From contig NMRA01000541.1 in the NCBI GenBank assembly GCA_002633005.1, positions 62,001-126,000 on the forward strand: DNA of 64,000 nt, given 5' to 3'. The notes beneath the pieces are model-generated. The model was not told the DNA's origin. It saw only the letters and a program-made list of their open reading frames with translations, and did no database searches. Numbering within the stretch: the first letter of the stretch is position 1; the number at the start of each line of letters is the position of its first letter. A program made the translations under genes and the position numbers. The DNA is from Phoronis australis (lineage: Eukaryota; Animalia; Phoronida). This document shows positions 12,601-22,894 of the stretch, in pieces.

Positions 12601-14764
12601 ATTAAATCCAGTAAATATTTTTGCAACTGCCGATCTGCATATTAGACATGTATATTGCATCATACCTCATCAGAGTAAAACTTGTTATCAATCATAGTAG
12701 AAACATTTATTTTTATCATTGCCACAAGACGTTAACAAACGCAGTCAGTGTCTGTAACTGTTGTGTCTACATTGCTGATGAATTAAAGTCGGTCTAATTC
12801 CATTTTTATATCACTGATTCATGCCAAAGGTTTGAAATTGCGCCCCCTTAAGAGTTTTGACTTGCCCTGGTGATCACTAGAATCCGATGCAATAAACTTA
12901 TAGAAGTTGTTTTTTAACCAGGGTAATAGAGCTGAAAATTTTGTGCGTTTTCGTTTGCGAGAGTGTTCTTTTTGAATCACTGGGTTAATAATTTTTACGC
13001 TCTACATGAAAACACAGACAAGTTTTTTAGGATTACCTGTACCAGGTTACCCCGAAAATATTATTTTCAAAGTTTTACCCCCTGGAGTATACGCGAAACG
13101 CCAACAATTGTGTTCTTACGCCAAAGGGCTCGGAAGGCTCTAGCCTTGGTACGAAGGTGTTTACTAAATTAAATATACAAATTTGCGCCGTTGTGGGTAA
13201 AAACTGACCGAATAAAATCTTCCTAGAATAATCTAAATTATTTACCAGCGTTGCAAAATTTGGTTTTCTACAATTATTCTGCTGCTAAAATTAGGGTATA
13301 ACCTTTTGCGTCGACTTTCGACGCAATGAAATATTGCGTCACCTATTAGTCAGTTTCTTTTTCCCAGATTCTTCAATCAAACGTTCTCCCTCGAGGTTGC
13401 GTAAACGTCAAGACAAATGATCAGAATTGGTTTCACTTCATTATATGTTTTTGGAATTTTGATATCAGTGAACCAAATTTTGCTGAGATGTTGTCACCAT
13501 ATAATGGGAGATGTCGAAAACATTTTGAAAGTGGCGCGTGTCACGAATGAACTCTTTTCAAAACGACGACATACGTTTTTTCGTTACAAAAGGCAGAGAA
13601 TTACGCAAGAAGATGACGTCGGATGTTTTTCGTTTAAACGGCCGTAACGGGCAACTTGAATGCCAATTGGCTTCCAGAGTTTGCATGCAAACTCGCCGGT
13701 CTTGAGCTCATGTTGATACAAGCTTTTCGACGAGGTGACAAGCGTACATGTAACTATCCGGGCTGTGTGAAATTTCGAGGTCTGTTTGAGCTCAATACGC
13801 AGTGGCACTTTGCTGTATTTTGAAAATAGTCTTCACAGCTAGCTGGCTAGATAGGAAGGCTCTAGCTTCGAAAAATTTTTTACTGCGAAAGTGACAACAA
13901 TTTCAGAATGATGATGGATGATGGATTACACTATAAACCGATCACAGTCTTCCGTTTTCATGCGCCCATGATTTAATATCGGCGCTATGTTCAAACCATT
14001 GTTTATATTGTTCCTAAAATAAACTTGGGTTCTATTGCTGTACCAACATATTAAGAAATTATACAGAAATAAACAATAATTATCTGTGGTAAAGCGCAAT
14101 ATACAGCGTGACGAAGTGATGATCAAGAGCAATAACGGATGAGCGCAAATGCGTGCTGCTTGTTGAGCAATCCGCGGCATGAAAACATTTGAGGTCGTAA
14201 AATATCCAGTGTTGTATTCTGATTTTTATGCAATTTTGCTGTAAATTTCAAATTTCGTGCTTGTTTTTATGCATAATGCACTGCATAAAAAGTCTGATAT
14301 CTAAAGTTAGAAATTATTTTTCCGCTATATCACTTAACGTTTGATTTTACCACGCCGTCATTAATTCAACATAAGGTATTCGGCTTGTGTAATGCCACGC
14401 ACTTCGTATTTGTAGGTTGATTCGATTTTACCTCCATTTAATAGTTGAACAAAATTTGATAAACCGATGTCAAGACCGGAGTTGCCACTGGTAAACGAAC
14501 AGCGAACAGTTAAATGTTTGTTTGTCCAAAGTTCACCCGCTAAGTCATAAAATGCTAATTGCCGACCAAGGACACGCTTAATCCGAATTGGTCGTCTACG
14601 CTAGGCGACCAATTAGCCGACTCAAGTGCCGACCACAGAGGCGACTAAGCAGACGGCTCCTAGCCGACCGTTGTTGGTCGGCTGGTGGTCGGCTAGACGA
14701 CCGGTCGACGGCCGGTCGTCGACTAATTTCCGACCGGTCGGCCAAAAATTCGTGATGTGTGCTG
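9629..14764. mobile_element. Complete non-autonomous DNA transposon 'X' (5136 bp), 67-bp TIRs, TA target duplication
   Basis: TIR CAGCACACATCACGAATTTTTGGCCGACCGGTCGGAAATT... at 9629-9695 and inverted at 14698-14764 (one mismatch). TA at 9627-28 and 14765-66. Subterminal GCCGACC arrays. Removing it plus one TA rejoins RT in frame (FWHV|GLNGGSSGLTTMITPF). Confidence 0.95.
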
Positions 14765-16330
14765 TACATGCCAGAATACGTTCTGCACATCAGTTTCGAT
14801 AACACCTTAGCATGCGTCAGCATAGGCAGTACGTCGTCCACTGTAGGAAGTTTGTAGTGCTCTCTAAGCAATGCCTGTTTCAGGGGTTGAGGATCTATGT
14901 ACAACTGCAGTTTGCCATTAGGTTTATGAACAGCGGTCATCTGACTCATCCACTCAGTAGATTCTGTTACGGGTACCAAGACTCAAAGGGCGACTAGGCG
15001 GCTGATTTCTTCCCTTACAGAATCCCGAAATGCAACAGGCAAATTTCTGAAGGGCAAAGCACGACGTTTTACATCTTAGGTCTCCGAGAGATGAGTGTTA
15101 CCCAGGTCACCGAGACGCATTGTTTCTTTCGTTACTTGAGATATGAAGTGGGGGTCATTGACTGTGATCAGATTCATATCGAGGACTGTCCTGAGTCCCA
15201 GTATACAGCACTTGTCATCAGGTACGACTACAAAAACTACATATTGGGTTAGGTTGGTGGATTCATTAAACACCGACAGAGTGGTTTCACCAACTGGTGT
15301 TACACGTGTGCCATTCCACATTACGAGATTACAGGTGGTTTGTCTAATATCGCCAGGCACTACAAATCCTTGGCCAATAATATTGATGTCAGCACCAGTA
15401 TTTAGCGAGAAGTGCACAGGGTTGCCATTTACCATGACTTTGGCGGTAATGCGAGGATTTTTGTCTCCAACTACAGTGAGCAGATATCCACCGTCACTCT
15501 CATCAGCGTCCATGTTGTGAATCTTACGAGCAGTTGGGCATTTCAATGAAAAATGATTTTGCTGATTGCAGCTAGAGCACGTTTTGCCCCACGCTGGACA
15601 ATCTGCCTTTCGCATACGATGCGTCAAACCGCAGAATTTTCAGGCCATAGGCGCTGACGTGGCTGAAGTTTTGTGAGCAGGTTTTTTGGTAGTAGTTGCC
15701 CGTGTTGCCACAGGTTCAGGATGTAACGCCTTCACGTGTTCAGCTGCAGTCTCCGCCGTTTTGCAGAAAGGAATACATTTTTCCAGGGTTAGATTTGGCT
15801 CACACAGTAGTCGTCGTTGTGTTTCCTTGTCACTGATGCCTAAAACGATTCGATCTCTCAATATGGAGTTTGAGATTGAGTAGGGTAGTTGCATGTCTTG
15901 ATGAGGAGCCGGATTGCAGCTAGGAATTGCTCAAAATGTTCCTCATCCTCATGATTGCGTTGATTAAAGACGAAACGTTAGTAGGTTTCGTTAAGGTCAC
16001 CTACAGCAAAAGCATCAAACTTGGCATTTATGTCTGTAATAGGCTCTTCCGTGTCAAATTGAAAACCATTGTAGATCTTAAGTCCATCATCACCCACATC
16101 ATGTAATAGCAGAGCCACTTGATAGGGTCGAGGGTGTGCACTTATCTGTGATATGATGCAGTAGTTCTCCAATTTTGTTTGAAACGTTTCCAGTTATCCT
16201 TCGCGGACGGGCCTGATAGGTCAGGGGCAGATGGAGGATTAACGCCAGATACTGGTTTGGGAGGAATTGTGAGCGTTGGGGATCTACAGTACAACTAACA
16301 GGCACAGAAGGAGAACAGTAAGGCAGACTG
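14765..16330 (-). pseudogene. Gypsy gag, protease and RT N-terminus
   Basis: gag LRDRIVLGISDKETQRRLL..LTLEKC; two zinc knuckles (CGLTH..CPAWGKTCSSCNQQNHFSLKC); protease FSLNTGADINII (DTG changed to NTG); RT EWMS..VHKPNGKL..IDPQPL..REHYKLPTVDD. Confidence 0.9.
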
Positions 16331-16452
16331 TCCTGGCAGTCAACACACGGTCAGTAGTAATTCGTCAGACTCTGATGATTTAGACAATTAGCACAAATTG
16401 TCACTAGAGGGTTCTATGTACGATTAGTTATCCATATATGTTGCCACCACAT

Positions 16453-16603
16453 TGCGATAAGTGATTTTGTGTATGCAAAATTAGCATTTAAAGTAGAGCT
16501 TTTAAGTTCTAAACTTGATCTTTATTGAGGACGTAACAGACAGACAAAGTATGCAGTCAAGCGCCATCTATTGGAAGCTAAATAAACCAAGTATGCTGAA
16601 GCT
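16453..16603 (-). repeat. Gypsy 5' LTR (lacks the outer 11 bp), followed by a PBS
   Basis: About 18 mismatches in 151 bp versus the 3' LTR by manual count. Minus-strand TGGTGGCAAC at 16449-16440 resembles a tRNA-Leu-type PBS. Confidence 0.88.
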
Positions 16604-16908
16604 ATTGTATCCTTTGTATATGCCTGGTGTAAATGGCTCCATGTGATATTATGTAAGCCCTATTATCCTCTATGGCTTAACAACTATGTATCTCCATGTA
16701 TACCTGTAATAGAGGTACTCCCAGTATCATCACGAACGTGTATGTTTTTATTCTAATGAAGTGTGTTGCGAATGTACGATTTGTAGTCATACTTGTGCAG
16801 TGGTTTAAACAAACGGGTTCATTAAACCCAGTAAATATTTTTGCAACTGCCGATCTGCATTAGGCATGCATGTTGCATCACACCTCATCAGAGTTAAACG
16901 TGTTATCA
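16603..16908 (+). mobile_element. Element X internal fragment (copy 1, right part)
   Basis: tattgtatcctttgtatatgcctggtgt... matches 12383-12690 and 35814-36122, continuing where 4829-7064 stops. Confidence 0.88.
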
Positions 16909-16909
16909 T

Positions 16910-17313
16910 TCAACAAACAGTGGGCATTCTACCCATGGCCAACCGACTGGGCGGGCTTCATGGCAGACATGACGTTCTTAGAATTGGTCTCTGTAGTCTT
17001 AGCATTCTTTATTATGGGAGCTTCCTTTTCCAATAAGAATATCATTTTAAGGATAGACAATGAAGCCTTGGTCCACGTCATCAACCGCCAATCATCTAAA
17101 TCTAAGACTGTCATGCAACTCATTAGGCCCCTGTTCTCATTACCCCTACGTCATAATGTTGGCTTAAGAGCCAAACACGTGAGAGGTGTTGATAATTGTG
17201 TTGCCGATGCTATGTCCCGCAAACAGGTGGGAAGATTTCGTGGGTTGGCACCAGAGGCAAACGCGTCGCCAGAAACAATACCTCACCAATTCCAGCAACT
17301 TGATTATGTTTGA
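16910..17313 (+). pseudogene. DIRS/Ngaro-type (tyrosine-recombinase retrotransposon) RNase H fragment
   Basis: W..WP..DMTFLELVSVVLA..IILRIDNEALVHVINRQSSKS..MQLIR..AKHVRGVDNCVADAMSR shows the LE, DN and HxxGxxNxxADxxSR motifs of DIRS1-type RNase H. Confidence 0.85.
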
Positions 17314-17660
17314 GAGCCAAAAAGCTAATATGACTGGGGCCAATTATGAAATTCACACAAATTTTACAATGTATTCCAAAAAAAAATCTCTTTCAAAATC
17401 TGCAAATTTTGGAGCACATCTGCAAAAATTGGTACAACACATATTCATCATGTCTAATGAAAGTCTTGAAAATAAAACCTGTTAATTAACTTGATTACCT
17501 TTAAGAGTCAAAAAGCTATCATGACTGGGGCCTATAACGAAGCTCGCAAAAAATTACTATAATCAAACCAAAATCGTTTTCAAAATCTACAATTTTTGGA
17601 GCACATCTTTGAAACTTGGTACAGTACATATTAATAGTGTGTAATGAAAGTCTGTATCAG
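17312..17660 (+). repeat. ~190-bp tandem repeat, about 2 units (right part of the element split at 4828)
   Basis: Two diverged units matching 4590-4828; followed by a (TA)n-like tract at 17668-17706. Confidence 0.75.
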
Positions 17661-18166
17661 CCATTAGATATATATCTATATATATACATATATACGTATA
17701 TATATACCCAGAATTGACTCAGCTAAAGTCAGATAAGATCATTAACTGCTGGGCTTCTCTAATTAAAAGCTGCCGTGTGCAACGGTTTTGTTTGTACAGT
17801 GCTATTCCCTGTGTTGAAAAGCAGTTGTTTTGGTGTCAAATTGTCTGTAATTAAAGCAACCTTACCCATGCGTTAAATGTTAGGCTAACCTCGCTTCCAA
17901 CATTTAAAACCCAACAATATGCTATCGCCTGCGCCTTTGTACTCGGTTGATTTGCTCCCGCAGCCGGACCCAGACTTGAGTCTGAGGCGGAAAATGGGCA
18001 ACAATTACAACAGTCTCATGACCAAAACTCGTAAAAAGGTGTCAATCACATATCCAGTGAGATCATGCTAATCAAAATGAAGAGCATCTGGCAAGGTAGG
18101 ATATTTATTTTCTCGCTTGAGTAACTCAGTGTGGGTACATGTATAGTTTTATCCAGCGTCGTTGGT

Positions 18167-18268
18167 CTAAATTATAATTTCCACTGATGTCTCTGGATTT
18201 TGAATCGCTACGGCTACCATGAACCAGCGTTTGAGTATTGCGTCAAGTTGTGCTACACTAGAGTTTTC
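18167..18268 (-). CDS. Candidate terminal exon downstream of the 758-bp exon
   Basis: Acceptor cttcacaatag|GAA; phase-0 frame ENSSVAQLDAILKRWFMVAVAIQNPETSVEIII*, phase-compatible with the donor at 18575. Confidence 0.3.
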   Translation of the reverse strand, partial: ENSSVAQLDAILKRWFMVAVAIQNPETSVEIII

Positions 18269-18575
18269 CTATTGTGAAGTTTGTGAAATTTGTTGGCGTA
18301 CGATATTGACAAACACCAAAATAACATAAGCTTAGTACAAAGTAACACTTTTCAAACTAAATATTTTGTTATTCACAATCGAATGCTTTATACGGATGTT
18401 ATACGGATACTATCTCCTAATAGTATCCGGTAAGTTGGGACTTGCAAATAGGAATTGAAATCTACACTTTTTGAAACGTCAAATTTGTCGCAAGGTTTTT
18501 CAAACTAAGGTAATCACGAAGGCAATTTGGTACAGTAAACCTATTAGTTCGAATAAATAAAAAGGAATAGCTTAC

Positions 18576-19333
18576 CGTGGCGTCCGTTTCATGAATAACC
18601 TGTTTGATTCTGCTGTCTGACATCGACACGAACACATCGAGCGAAGTATCATGGATTTTCAGTTTAGATAGTCTGATGAAAATGCGGATTCCAGTTTCAC
18701 TCCAAAGTTTTTTTTCGACGGGTATTTCATTTGATGTTTCCTCAGTTTTAGCTCCTTCTTTCGTGAACCAGGTGACCTTATAACTGACCTGGCTTCCGTC
18801 GAGTACTTCAGGGTTAGAGTCAAAACTACATTGATGTGGAAAGCAATTTTTCGCTTTTACGGAGTGGCAAACTAAGACACAGCGTAGACTTACATTATCT
18901 GGCTCAACGTGGGGACAGAACTTAACTTTGAATTGCCTTTTGAACTGCGCTTTTAATTCTCCAAGGGCATATTTGTCCAATCCATTGTTCAACCCAATCA
19001 CATTTTCACAAAAATGGTGGCAATTATAGACCAAGTATCCATCAACAAGTCGAGGGTCATGATTTGTGATTTCAGTCACGATTCCTTTTGACTTGTGTAG
19101 AATGAAAAATTTGGCTGGATCACAGCTTTCAACGCCCACTTCTTTAAGAATGCTTTTCACGTTGACTTTAACTTGAACAGGAAGTTTTGCTTTCGAGTGG
19201 TCGAACTTGTTTACGCATATACGCTTGGACAACAGGTAAACAGACCCCCTCGGGAATTTTCTCTTGACGAAATCCATTAACAAAGGATGATCGACCTCTT
19301 CCAACTCAAAGTACACTCCCTCGGCAATAATTT
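18576..19333 (-). CDS. Intact internal exon (758 bp) of a host gene, ZU5/UPA-like region
   Basis: Longest uninterrupted ORF in the window; acceptor tttaaattccag| at 19334 and donor |GTAAGC at 18575. FFILHK..TEIT..VDGYLVYNCHHFC resembles the end of ZU5 domains (resemblance only). Confidence 0.6.
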
Positions 19334-19412
19334 CTGGAATTTAAATGATGAAACAAGCTTAACGACGTGACTTTAATCAGACAATTCAGTAGAAAAACAT
19401 AATACATTTAAT

Positions 19413-22400
19413 GGGGCTATTCGGAGAATTTTCTACGTGGTGTCGCTGCTGTACTAGTGGTGATTGAATTGCGCATGCGTTGCTGTCTGCATGTAAGCAG
19501 CTGGTAAAAACACAGATTGTCATCAAAATACGGCGTCGCGCAAAGCCTTATCATTGCTATTTTCCTTGGTGCAAGTCATCGACAGGTGGTCACAAATTAC
19601 CAAAAGACCTAAGGTTACTACATTTGCGGAGCATTACGGTCAAAAGGATCAACCAAATGACAAAAAGTGTGTGGATGCCGAAGCCCCTTTGGGAGACTAC
19701 AAAACGTAACTTGGTAAGTTTTTAGCAATCAAGTTTCTATCGACATCGTTCGGTGATGTTATCCCCACCAGTTACCCCACTGAATGGAACTAAGTGTTTC
19801 TTGTCGGAAACTCACCCAGGACGCGAATGCCGGGTAGGCTAGCAGCACATATTCACATATTGTCCTCCAGGGGTGGGAATGCACCCAATATAAGAGGTGT
19901 ATGGTCAGAAGTCAAGCGTGACTTTTTTTACAGCAAATTCTCTTCAAAGCTATGCTATGTCTAATAAAATTCTCTAGACGAGTGAGATTCCTTATTTTTT
20001 TGGCGGACTCAACCCCCAGGACTACCAGATTAGTTACTGAATTAACATGCATAAGCTATTCAGTAAACGTCATAACATTGCATTGGAATAAAAATGAATT
20101 TTTCTTTTTGAGGTCAGATGCACATTTTAGGTGTCGTAAAAACACAAATTATTAAATCATTTTAGCCTGTTTCACATAGTTTAATTCAGATCTTACATAA
20201 GATTTGTGTACAAAGATTATTATTTTCTACATATAAACGTGAAGATGAAACGTCAAGTATGTTCTGCCTTATTAAAGTAGTTTTGTCTTGTGTTTTCTTT
20301 ATAATTTGTTACTATTTCTCTGACTACTCTGTTACAGGTGAGAGAAAACGACTGAAAGCAGCCACCTGACCTTCTATTTTATCTTTGGACAAAGTGAAAA
20401 GCAATCCTTCAGAATGAACCTGAGAGAATTGAACATAATTCAGAAATTTAGCCCTTGATATGCCTGATTATGGACTCCATTGCGTGGGAAAATTACAATT
20501 GTTTTTAACAATGTTGTTTCTTTACATACTTTTCTTGCATGTGGAACTTTTGTTGAGGACAATTAAACACAAAACTTAAAATTGTTCAAAGGCCTTCTTA
20601 AGAAAGCTCTTAAACAATTACACACAAACAAATCATATGCAAAGAAAGAGAATACTTCATTTTGATTGCTGCACAATTACAGAGGTCAACAGGAAAACGA
20701 CAATTCGTAAGCGTAACCGCTAATCATTTTAGCTTTATAAAGAATAAGCACAAGTGCACTGTGTGGGGCTTTAAAACTAAGGAAATATTGTGGTTTCAAT
20801 AATTAGTGACAAACTTGCCTGTTGATGAAAAATTTATTCGATCATCAAAGTGTAACATTAACGGGATTTCTACTGACAATAAGGCAATCGATGCAGTCAC
20901 TGAATGTTATTTCCCCATAATGTGTACCAAATTGAAAAGTTTTTACCATTGATATAAAGTCTTACATCTGAAAGGAAAAGTTAATGTTACTCAGTGAGAA
21001 AGGACAGGTATTTGTACCAGATGTTTTTGGTTTTCATTTCACACAGATCTAGTTTCAATAGCCTATAGAAGCGCTTGTAAAAGGGTCCAGTTACGGCACG
21101 TGGCTTTCATCCAGGTAACCTCATTCAGCCTCAATTAGATCATTGGAGGTAAAAACAACAGCATATCACTTGACTCGTTTTGTGTCCAAAATCTGACCCT
21201 GAACTAGACCAGAGTGTCAATACGTCTTCTTTAGCTTCAATCCAGCATGTTTCTTCCAGGAAAGGAAGTAAACTATTGTCCACACATGACTTATTGCCTA
21301 CGAAAGGCCATCCTCACTAACGAGGCTGACTTGCATAGCACTCAGATACATGTATAGTACCTCTTCATACATGCGCGCGCTCAGCCATCAGTATGGGGGG
21401 CACAAATTCCTAACTTTTGTGGACCTTTTGGTAACAAAAGAGCGGGCGGAATAGAAAAAAAAACGGGAACACCACTGTGAATTGCGCGTTTGCGCATGTT
21501 TTATGGAGAATTTACTCGGACTTTTTGTCTCTGCTTCGACCTTTTGGCCCACTTCGGTCGAGCCCCCCCCCCTGGGTGCGCACATGTCATACACAAACAA
21601 CACGTTGTCTTATTGTAGCTTCGTACTGCGATTCACATTTCACCAGGGCAACTGACATGTACATTGTGCCATGCAGCACAAATTGTGTGTGGAAATGCTA
21701 TGGGAACTGAACGGAGTGACAAAGCTTGTTCGTTGTCTCCGATGAAGAAAGTAGGCTTTAACAACAGATCTACACTGGATGGGAAGATTTTGCTGGTTAG
21801 CTGCAGTCAACTGCTTAAAACAATTTATTTTCCATTCAGGGTTGATGCAGAAGCGATGCGTAAATCCTCTGCACGGTACAAGCCCTCAAAACTAAAAGCC
21901 AAAGGTCACGTGAAAACAGACATGATACATTTTCATTTTAACATGTAATAAATTTCCGGAAGACATAGGATAGGGTGTAAACAATAGTCTAATGAATATT
22001 TACGTACCCTTTGCCATGGCATTGGGCTTGGATTGTAATCTCACTAACCAATATCGAGTTAAACACTCAGCATTCATTGATGTAACTGTCACTGATAAAC
22101 CTGTTAGAAATCATTCCAAACAATAATACTGCATTGATGTACGAAAACATCCCGAGTGCTACGTCAAGTATCGTAACAGGCATCACAACAAACAAAGATT
22201 AACCCGACTGGCGACTGCCGCGAAGTCGACATCGGCGAGTATCTCAGTTAACAGGCATTGGTAGAATAAACATGGAATAATCGTTAAAATGATCAAAAAC
22301 CTTATCTTTGTATCAGGTCGTGCTTACTTTCTCTCATAGAAGCATCCTTTTTACGCAATCTCAGATTCAGTTGGCACGCCCACAGGGCATTTCACTATGC

Positions 22401-22477
22401 ATTTAAAGGGCTCGCGAAATCTATCACCACTAGTACATGCGCGCCGTCTAGTTAATGTAAATTTTCCGAATAGCCCC
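19413..22477 (+). mobile_element. ISL2EU-type (PHIS superfamily) deletion derivative, copy 1
   Basis: TIRs GGGGCTATTCGGA..TCCGAATAGCCCC; AT on the left flank. Plus-strand THAP remnant (CYFPWCKSSTGGHKLPKD..WMP; later RKRLKAAT*PSI). Minus-strand SAP-like remnant and YqaJ-like remnant (LKLKKTY..VQGQ..VVFT). Confidence 0.8.
21370..21586. mobile_element. MITE CATGCGCG..CGCACATG with 5-bp TSD (tcata) inside ISL2EU copy 1
   Basis: tcata flanks both sides; the empty site cttcatacaaaaac is seen in ISL2EU copy 2 at ~46825. Confidence 0.75.
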
Positions 22478-22894
22478 AACGAAACTTCCAACATAAACAA
22501 ACGTTTACACACAAACAATGCTAAGTATCATAACTTGGTCGACCACTGTCCATGTGGCACCCAAACTAATATTACTGACTCAGAGTGCAGCTTAAAAGTT
22601 CAAACACATCGTGCACATTCACTTGTGGTCAGTGCCTTCCGTTCAGCATCCGATTTTGAACACCATCATCTCGCGGACCCATTTTTTGCTGAGTGTTAAA
22701 AGTCTTCACGGTCGGCAAAAAGGTTCCACATTCTCTGAAAGCTTCTAGACACGTCAGCACGCTGTCACGTCTGACTCTCGACTGTTGCACCCAGGTCGAA
22801 CATTTGAATGCACTTGGCCAACACAACAGTTCATTTAGATATAAATGTTCCGGCAAAAGTCGCTGAAAACTGACACCGGTGACGTAACAGACTA

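Larger units (their letters stand above)
7067..16603 (-). mobile_element. Ty3/Gypsy LTR retrotransposon (Mag-like), both LTRs present, degenerate, interrupted by element X
   Basis: Two ~150-160 bp LTRs, PBS, PPT, and gag-PR-RT-RNaseH-IN order on the minus strand; multiple stops and frameshifts. Confidence 0.95.

Noticed and set aside
10520-14180. Short ORFs inside element X as genes
   Set aside because: Frames are not preserved between the three copies (many indels) and no domain is recognisable.
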